Below, one piece after another: positions 1 to 7,700 of a stretch of DNA of 11,354 nucleotides. The position numbers and the translations under genes are program-made. The stretch lies in assembly GCA_043228905.1 (NCBI GenBank), contig JBHGNT010001162.1, positions 1 through 11,354 of the forward strand, read 5' to 3'. The notes under the pieces were generated by a model. The model saw nothing but the letters and a program-made list of their open reading frames with translations. It was not told the DNA's origin and searched no databases. Positions within the stretch are counted from its first letter, which is position 1. Each line of letters opens with the position of its first letter. The DNA comes from Azolla caroliniana (taxonomy: Eukaryota; Plantae; Polypodiophyta).

Positions 1-179
1 ATAACAATTGTCATATGAGATGTAGGGGCATCTTTCTTATGGGTCCATGTAGAGCTTACAGAGGATTGAGCTATATAGATTCCTTACATTGGTTCACTAT
101 ATAGGTATGACAGAACAGGAGGACAGTGGAGTGGGGAGTCAGTATATACATCCCTGAGGAAGGGATCACACAGTAATCC

Positions 180-573
180 ATGCTTGGATAATTCTTCCTC
201 ACGAGGCACTTCAATGCAACATCTATAACTTCCAGGATACAGATATTCTCCATGCAATCAAGAATGGTATTCCATGAACCTCATCAAATACAGCTCATTC
301 CACAGCCTACGGATGCCATCTATTCAGGCTAGGTTCTGCATGTATAATGCTGCACCTGATGACATTATAAGAGAAGATCACTTGGCACTGCCAATGCTTG
401 GATAATTCTTCCTCACAGGGACTTAACAAAATGTCTATAACTTTGAGAGGATACAGATATTCTACATGCCATCAAGGATGGTTATTCTACAAGAACCTCG
501 GCAGATACTGCTCATTCCACTGACTACAGATGCCATCTACAAAAGCTAGGTTCTGCAAGTATGACCTTGTGCT
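180..573. repeat. Diverged tandem duplication, period about 214 bp
   Basis: ATGCTTGGATAATTCTTCCTCAC...GGATACAGATATTCT...GCTCATTCCAC...GATGCCATCTA...GCTAGGTTCTGCA starts at both 180 and 394. Copy 2 is interrupted at 574 and resumes at 1614-1628. Confidence 0.9.
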
Positions 574-701
574 CACAGAATGAACCATTCGTATCATACG
601 TGCATTCACATTCGTGAATGATTCAATATACGTGTATGGTAAATCATCTTAACGTTGGATTGGATACATAAGAATGGTATTGATTGAATCACATGTAATA
701 G

Positions 702-863
702 GTTTCAATACTTTAGAAATTATTAAAGTACTAAACATTAGAAAGAGAGAGAAAGAGGGAGACAGAGCAAGAGAGTGGCAGGTAGTTTCAATACTTTAGA
801 AATGCTTAAAATACTAAACATTAGAAAGAGAGAGAAAGAGGGGGACAGAGCAAGAGAGTGGCA
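702..863. repeat. Two-copy tandem repeat, period 83 bp, GA-rich, inside the hAT-type element
   Basis: GTTTCAATACTTTAGAAAT...CAAGAGAGTGGCA at 702-780 and 785-863, near-identical. Confidence 0.95.
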
Positions 864-1448
864 AGTGTTATGAGCTAAAGCTTCAACTTCTATGGCAGTA
901 TTCCCAAGACCATTCACTTCCTTCTCTTCGTCGTCCTCAGATTCTTCATATTTTTCATATTTTTCATATTTTTCTGATCATCGCCATAATCGTGATGACT
1001 GATTCTGATTTTGTTTTTGAGGATCACCATGGTCCATGACTATCATTCATCTGATTATGAGGATCACCATGACTATGATTCATCTGATTCTCGTCGACAT
1101 GGTGGATCAAGCTTCTGTTCTTCTTGCTCATCATCACGGTGTTCTTGAGATTAATGTTGGCTCTGAGCATGTCCCTAGCTCTAAGGATCTCCTCCCTCAT
1201 CCTCTCCACGATCATGAGCCACACCTACTGCCCAGAGCTCCCCATCGCTCCCCATGAATTATACTGAGGAGGCTGAGATGTAGCAGAAACCATGGATCAT
1301 TGCATCCATGGCCTGGCGGCAGAGTCGTTGTAAAGAAGAACACCATAGCCATACCCGAAGACACAACAGAATTGTTGGAGAAATCATGGTCACCAAGATA
1401 TGGCGGATGAGTGGCGTTCTGATCATGAGCAGCAGAAGAAGATTCATG

Positions 1449-1513
1449 AGGAGAGAGAGAGAGAGAGAGAAGTAAAAAAAAGTAAAAAAAGTGAAAAAAA
1501 AGTAAAAAAAAAA
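1449..1513. repeat. (GA)n tract followed by about 4 copies of a 10-bp AGTAAAAAAA unit
   Basis: Directly visible in the sequence. Confidence 0.9.
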
Positions 1514-1645
1514 GGAACACGTACTTTTCCCCTTTCCAACGTGTTCGTTTCCAAACGTATTCAAACGTTTGAATGCTACCACGAACACGAATATTACGTT
1601 CTATGCTTGTGCTTAATGACATTATAAGCAAATTTTTTAACAAAA

Positions 1646-3052
1646 TGTTAGGAGAGATACCATTGGATGACCTCTAAGAAGCTCGCTTAATCAGGGAAAA
1701 TGGGTAACAATACTTGGAAGGTTTCCCTCTTTTCCAATTGATCCAGAATCATCCACTTCAAGTAATGAGAGAAATACAATTGCAGGTCTATATAAGTGAG
1801 ACCTAGATCACAACTAGAGAGCCCTTCCTCTCCAAAGATGTTGGGTCTATCGAGGCCACTTTTATGAATATTCTAGCAGAGCAACTGCAACCCGTGGAAT
1901 ATTTATTCTAGAAGATGGGTTACTTCAGCAACTTCAACCCATGGAATATTTACATGCCCCACAGTTTGACTAGATTGTGGCGGGTCAACCAAGAGTATCA
2001 ACACATAGACTAGAGATGCAATAGGTCAAGTTGTCAGAATCCCCAGCACAAAGGGGATGCTTCAGATACACACCAAGTAAGTGGAGAGTGGGGAGCATTT
2101 CTTTTGTAGATGCAAGGCATATGCAGACATCTGCAGCTGACATGAGGCTCTATTCATCTACAGTTTACCCTATCATGAAGTCTAGATATCGTTGTCAGTT
2201 TCGTCACTTCTTGCTTGAAATCAAGATTCACAGAGAGATGTTCATACATACCACAGTTGTAAAAAAGGGTAGAAAGATATATCTCACAAATTTCTTTAAG
2301 AGGATTACACCTCCATACTCAGTGAAAGGTGGCAAGGTCACCCTGCAGCAGGTGCAGTCAGCTAAAGCCCGAAGGTAACCACAAGCCCTTGGACATGGAG
2401 ATTCTAGATTTCATCATAAACTGATTGAAGAGATCAGCTACAAATGCTTCCACGTTGACCATAAGAGGACTGCCAGATAGCTGCCAACCCTGCAGCACTC
2501 ATGTTACTTCTACACCCTCCAGTTACTATAGATCTAAGTATATTTTAGGTGCATTGTATTGTTGTAATGCATCTCATTGTTGTGCTACCCCAGTCATATA
2601 GGCACTAGCTAGATTTGAGAGTTGTTATACCTCATTATTCTTGTACCTTGAGATCACATAAGCATCTCACTTTCCATTGCTATCATTCTTGTACTGCAGT
2701 GTTTATTTTGTGCCATTCGCAACAGAGAATGAAAATGTATTTGTAGACATGATTAGTCTTATAGGCCAGTTTTGGCCTTTGATAGACACTAAAAAGAGGG
2801 CTTTATCAAAATTTATTTTGGTCCCATTGGTAATTTTTGCCCACAAGGACATTAGTACATCTCTCTAAAATCATTTCCGCTGATGCTCTTGGGTTTTAGG
2901 GTTTCAACATCTTTTTAGGATTCATACTCCTGCATTTCTTGATCTGTGGCACCTACACTTTAGGGTTGCTGAACCTGCTCCTCTTTCACAAGGTTCTTCT
3001 CTTGTATATATTCTCCTGTACTTACTGACTTTACATCTACGTTAACACTACA
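1646..3052. mobile_element. Candidate solo LTR (1407 bp)
   Basis: Starts TGT(TAG) and ends (CT)ACA, flanked by CAAAA at 1641-1645 and 3053-3057. No recognisable coding sequence; internal 26-bp direct repeat (1880-1905 / 1927-1952). Confidence 0.55.
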
Positions 3053-3870
3053 CAAAAGACCTCATACAGAAAGATGGGCATATTCTAAGAGAACCATTGA
3101 TGTGGTTTCTCTCCTAGGAACTTCATTAGCCACCATCATTAAGAAACCTTATATCCATGTTTTCGTCACACAAATTACATTCTTTAGGAGACATGAACAC
3201 TTCAATTCTCAAAGTTCAAGAGCAGATCTATGCAACCAAAGTCGAGTTCATTGGAGCCAACGAAGAATGGAGCAGCATATAGATCAATATGAAAAAGATA
3301 CAGGAAGAGGATCGCTACTTTTGAATAGGTGGCCTCACCTGGGATCAGAAAGAAAATATCTAGGAGATTCATGTTCCAGCCACAAAAAGGGAAACATATC
3401 TCTCAAATTATGAAACCAAGAAGGAAAACGTTGGAGTTCTCTGACAAGTGAAGCTGTTAAACAGTACCAATCATTTGATAGCAAGATGAATGCACTCCCC
3501 TACAACTTAAGAAAAAATTTAAGAAGTGTTGTCTACCGTGAGGGAAGAGCAGTAGAAGAAGATTTCTATAAGGCTAAACCATCTTTGATGCTAGATGTAT
3601 CATATCGAGCATTAGTTTATCAAAAACCTTAGCTACTTCATTTTTTGCATCAAAGCTATAACTATAGTGTTTAAAATTTACATATTTGCCAGAGTGCACC
3701 TCCCTGAAGTGGATTATATTTATTTCATGTATCAAAATTTTGGTTCTACATGCCGTCCAAGGCATTGCAGGAACATAATATGAGTTGCTTTCTCTCTCAA
3801 TTGTTTTCTTTATATGAAGATTGCATGCCAATGTTTAGCTAAATTTTTACTATCTCAACTACACAGTCAA

Positions 3871-4033
3871 ATCTCACTAACAGCACTAATTAAGACATTA
3901 CGAGTTTGAATGTCATCATCTCTCACATATATACTAAGAAAACACTTGGCTCATATCTCACTAACAGCACTAATTAAGACATTGTTAGTTTGGATGGCAT
4001 CACCTCTCACACACATATAGGAAGAAAACACTT
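3871..4033. repeat. Two-copy tandem repeat, period about 84 bp, abutting the JTB-like exon 3 donor
   Basis: ATCTCACTAACAGCACTAATTAAGACATT...AAGAAAACACTT at 3871-3947 and 3955-4033. Confidence 0.92.
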
Positions 4034-4035
4034 AC

Positions 4036-4320
4036 TTCAAAGCCCCATACAGTGAGTTTCTCGTCGGTATCAGTGGGCAAACAACTAAAATACAGGCGAA
4101 CAAACTTGTGTTCATCGTGAATGGATAGATCAAGCTTCTGACTGCCAAAGAATCTGTGTCCGATATCCACAGTATTTTTCTCATGCACATTCAATTTGTT
4201 TACGGATACCAATTTTCTTGTTCCAACTATATGACCTTTTCCTCCATTTGATGAGAGCTCAGTACACTTATATGATTGGCGATAGCCTGAAATGCTGCAA
4301 TGGTATGTCTCCTCGTCATT
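4036..4320 (-). CDS. JTB-like exon 3
   Basis: attttag| acceptor and GAA|gtaagt donor; 285 nt open, phase 0/0; overlaps the listed ORF 4000..4212(-). Confidence 0.85.
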
Positions 4321-5727
4321 CTAAAATACATACACCACAAAAGGAGGCAAAACAGTAGAAGAAAAGTTATGTTAGATGTTATATAGTGCCCTAATGCTAC
4401 AGTAATATGTTATCACTCTAACTTTTAATGCCATACAGCAGAAAAATCTAAATACTAGAAGGAAAAAAATCTTATCAGCTGAGTTTCCTTCTCATGCATG
4501 ATAATCATAGGAAAATAAGAGAGGATATAACTCATTTTATTGGAATATAGTAGAGATTTCATCTATTTATGCTGGATTTTTCCCTTTGAAATGTTTCCAT
4601 CTGAAAAGCTCCAGTATCCTAGCAGGGAATTAGTGATATGAGGACATATATCTCCTTACACTGGACATACTATCTTAATTGCCTTAAATCAAAATTAAAA
4701 CGACTAACCTTCTCAAAAAATAAGCATGACAAACCTTCTCAAAAAATAAGCACGACAAACCTTCTCAAACTAAGCAATAACCTTTGATAAATATGCATGA
4801 CTGACCTTCTCTAAATAAGAACAGGGAATGCAAGGGCCAGGAGAATAGCATCCAAATGTCACATTTCCACGGGTTTCCTTCCGATCGAAAGCAGGATCAT
4901 CATTTCTATAAAGAGAAGAGAGAACCATATCCGAGAAAATTTCAGTTGAACAGTTGGGATCAAAGCTTGCACATTATCTCGAGATCTTTGTGATCAATTA
5001 TTACACCAGACAGGAAAGAAGATTCAGTAAAAGAAAGGTTCACAAAACTTTTATAAAGGATTTGAAACTTTTGTTAGATCTCAAGAATCGTTTTAGCCCA
5101 TCGAACACACCACAGAAAAAAATTGACAAGACGAAAGCCTCAAAAGTTTGACAAAAATGTTGAATCCTTAAAGATCTTGTTTTAGATTCAGATTATATAC
5201 AAAATGCAGAGAATGAAATTTTTATCAAGGACTTGTTTTAGTGAAAATCGAACCAAAACACACAGAGGATTCGGTAAAAGAAAGTTTTAACGAATTTGAG
5301 AAAGGAATTTGAATGAGATCAAAGATATAGATATTATTTTGGATTGTCAATCAGATGAAACAGAGAAGTAGGTGACATAAATACTTTCAAAAATTTGTGA
5401 ATTTGGACTAGAGTTAAAAGATCTTGTATAATGTTATCAAATTGGATCATGCAGAAAGAGGGGGGAGGCATTCGTCAAAGTTAAATCTTCACGGATTTGA
5501 CATGAATCCTGGGTGAGAGAATAAAGTTCTTTACTTTATGCTATCAACCATGTCACAGAAGTGAAGAAACCTGAAGTTAACAGGTAAAGCGAGCTCTTCA
5601 TATTTAACGGAGTGAATAAAATCCTTTTGATTTCACGGATGACTGACCTTTGAGCAGAAGAGCGAGGCCAGAAAGCAGGAACGAAGAGGAGCAGGAAATG
5701 GCAAGTTCTGAGCAGCGAGGCCGCCAT
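4036..5727 (-). CDS. Signal-peptide, Cys-rich JTB (jumping translocation breakpoint)-like protein; 5' exons only
   Basis: Minus-strand exons 5727-5648, 4905-4806 and 4320-4036 (plus an optional 5570-5535) have canonical sites and matching phases. They give MAASLLRTCHFLLLFVPAFWPRSSAQR-NDDPAFDRKETRGNVTFGCYSPGPCIPCSYLEK-NDEETYHCSISGYRQSYKCTE...YFSCLPTDTDEKLTVWGFE. The six-Cys spacing, C..xGY..C and SC..xxFE resemble JTB-family type I membrane proteins (recalled, not searched). Confidence 0.8.
4702..4821. repeat. Five-unit 21-26 bp minisatellite overlapping the JTB-like exon 2 donor
   Basis: Units of the type GAC(T/A)AACCTTCTCAAAAAATAAGCA at 4702, 4728 and 4754, a degenerate unit near 4776, and the real junction at 4799-4821. 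Confidence 0.9.
4806..4905 (-). CDS. JTB-like exon 2
   Basis: ctctcttctctttatag| acceptor and AAG|gtcagt donor; 100 nt, phase 2 to 0; contains an NVT sequon and CYSPGPCIPC. Confidence 0.85.
5648..5727 (-). CDS. JTB-like exon 1 (signal peptide)
   Basis: tccATGGC context after a CT-rich leader; basic n-region, hydrophobic FLLLFVPAFW core and SSA-Q cleavage-like site; donor AAG|gtcagt, phase 2. Confidence 0.8.
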
Positions 5728-5946
5728 GGATTCTGCAGAGAGAGTGAGAGAAAGAAGAGACGAGGAATCAGAAAGTGCAGGCAGATGAAGGATTAAAAAT
5801 AAATCAAATAAAACATCAAAAAACAAAATAAAAAATGTTATTAAAAACATATACATATGTATGTATAATGTATTTATCTGTTGAACTGTCTCAAAAAGAA
5901 AAGAGATCTAACTCCTACAAACAATTACACACACACATGTGTGCAT

Positions 5947-6004
5947 GTGTCTGTGTGTTTGTGTTTGTGTTTGTGTTTGTGTTTGTGTTTGTGTCTGTGT
6001 CTGT
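5947..6004. repeat. (GTGTTT)n/(GTGTCT)n microsatellite
   Basis: Directly visible hexamer run. Confidence 0.95.
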
Positions 6005-6187
6005 AGATTGTTTGTGTGTATGGTGTTGGCCAGATGCAACCACACACAAAGGGGTAGTTGAGTTGGTCGTGGATAAGAATAGAGACAAACACAACGAGAA
6101 AGAGAGAGACCGGTTCTGGAGGATGGTAGATGCCCAACACGGGAGAAACAATCTCACCCTTGGGCCCTTATTCGATCTAGTCATAGC

Positions 6188-6212
6188 GTGTGTGTGTGTG
6201 TGTGTGTGTGTG
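6188..6212. repeat. (GT)12 microsatellite
   Basis: Directly visible in the sequence. Confidence 0.95.
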
Positions 6213-6319
6213 CGTGCCACCTGGCTAACATTGATATTGGCATTGAAAGCCACTTTGTCGTGCATTGCTCTTTGTTAAACCATGCACCCCTTGTTGCTTG
6301 ATTAATGGGGCAATCCTGA

Positions 6320-6342
6320 TCTCTCTCTCTCTATATATATAT
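6320..6342. repeat. Compound (TC)n(TA)n microsatellite
   Basis: Directly visible in the sequence. Confidence 0.9.
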
Positions 6343-7504
6343 CTCAAAACGGCTTTACAAATCACAATCGTGCACGTGCTCGATAGAATTAGACTACCCC
6401 CAATCCTCCTAGTTGATGGATTGCCACATTGGCAGTAAGAGATCCTCTCTCGCAACCTCTTGAAACAAGTAGGTGACTTAAAATAACTACTATGGAAAAG
6501 GTACTAGGAAAGAGGATGTATGTCACACAAGGATTTCCCACTTTTGGGCCATGAACAAGGTCCAAGTGGGAGATAACGTTAACAATAGCCAACACATCTA
6601 TCTCATGGGGGGGACATGATGGGGAATATGTCATATGGATACTTAAGCTATTGTGAAGGAAAGGACAATTGCCCCCCAACTCTCTAACTTGCTCTTATCT
6701 TGATACATACCATCACTCTACTTATTATTAGTGTTTGTTCACATTTCCTTAATGATAATAACCCTTGTATTTGATATTCCTTAGGTAATACAAAAAGTAG
6801 AAACTAACTGGCATTACTAAACCACAAGGTCTTTTCGAGCAAAACATTAGGATTTGTCTAGTCCATTTAGGGATGCGTTCCATTCTTCCTTAAAATGAAA
6901 ATTAGACCCTCGAACTTGTGACATTAAACGACATGTTTGTGTATGTAAACATTATATGCCTCGAGCAATATCCCTTACACAGAAAGTCGAATGCGCCATA
7001 TAGGAGGAGCCTAAAAAAGGAGGAGTTCTAAGGAAGAAGCATTATTGTCTAGTGAAGTAGAAGTGCGAATGAAAAAAGGTCATCAAAGGCTCGTGCGAAT
7101 CTCTACTTGCAACTCCTATATGCTACGATGCGGTGGCAATTGCAGCTGTTGGCCCGGCCAATGCAACGAGAGGAAGATGGTGGGCAGGCTGAGGCGGCAA
7201 CACTTTATTTGTCCCCCGACTGACCACCTCCGATCGGACCAGACCCAACCGGACCCGAACCAAGCGGAACCAGAACCATCCAGACGAGACGGGACCGACC
7301 AATGTTCCTACTCTTTTGTTTTTCTTTATTTCTTCTTCTTCTTCTTCTTCCTTTGTCTCTCCTCAAGGAATAGGCCTCCTCTTGTTTTCATCCTCAATTT
7401 TTTTTTTACTTCCTCCCCTTTGAGAGGTCACCATTGTTCCTTGCCCCCCCCCCCCTGTTTCTGTCTCTGTTTCTGTTCCTTCTTCACCCCCCCCCCTGTT
7501 CTCC

Positions 7505-7700
7505 ATGGCTCTCCTCAAAGCTTCCATCCTTTCTTCCTCTCTTCGCCTCCCATCGAATCCCGACCAATTCTCAGCTTCTGCTTCTTTCTCTAGGGTCTCC
7601 TTGCCGCAGGCAGGTCTATGCAAGAAACAAAGCTTCAGCAGCAGAACAAGTATTTCCGCCACGCGCTGCTTCAATGCTTCTGCAGATTCCTCCGCTTCCA
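7505..7700 (+). CDS. RPI-like exon 1, putative chloroplast transit peptide
   Basis: ATG in good context (tccATGGC) after a pyrimidine-rich leader. MALLKASILSSSLRLPSN...ASADSSAS is Ser/Ala-rich and acid-poor. A phase-1 donor at 7701 (A|GTTAAG) fits the phase-1 acceptor at 8352, but the donor choice is uncertain. Confidence 0.75.

Larger units (their letters stand above)
574..1605. mobile_element. Non-autonomous hAT-type DNA transposon (1032 bp)
   Basis: Identical 8-bp direct repeat CTTGTGCT at 566-573 and 1606-1613. Imperfect TIRs: CACAGAATG versus CATAGAACG (reverse complement of the right end), 7/9 match. Both ends have palindrome-rich subterminal sequence. Removing the element restores collinearity with the upstream repeat copy. 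An 8-bp TSD with short TIRs is typical of hAT. Confidence 0.75.
5728..7504. promoter_or_regulatory. Divergent promoter and 5' UTR interval shared by the two genes
   Basis: 1777 bp between outward-facing ATGs, with pyrimidine-rich leaders on the sense strand at both ends (about 5735-5790 minus; about 7305-7504 plus). TGGGCC motifs occur near 6161 and 6545. Transcription start sites are not determinable from the sequence. Confidence 0.6.

Noticed and set aside
1212-1643. Hydrophobic minus ORFs (1212..1643, 1259..1588) as the missing TM exon of the JTB-like gene
   Set aside because: They lie largely inside the transposon, their hydrophobicity comes from T-rich repeats, and I found no convincing phase-0 acceptor.
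2031-2868. ORFs 2031..2378 and 2677..2868 as retroelement proteins
   Set aside because: Non-ATG starts and no gag, protease, RT, RNase H or integrase motifs.
4702-4821. CRISPR-like array
   Set aside because: The units are contiguous with no unique spacers, there are no cas genes, the context is eukaryotic, and the unit derives from a splice junction.
5835-6278. ORFs 5835..6278(+), 5915..6265(-) and 5925..6140(-)
   Set aside because: They are kept open by GT/GTGTTT microsatellites (VFVFVF, HKHKHK, TNTNTN) and have no protein-like content.
6390-6720. Possible PPT (GGGGGGGACA-TG) and LTR fragment in the intergenic region
   Set aside because: No matching terminus, TSD or coding remnant found.
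7302-7373. 23-aa hydrophobic uORF MFLLFCFSLFLLLLLLPLSLLKE
   Set aside because: Its composition is explained by (CTT)n, and it is unknown whether the ATG is transcribed.
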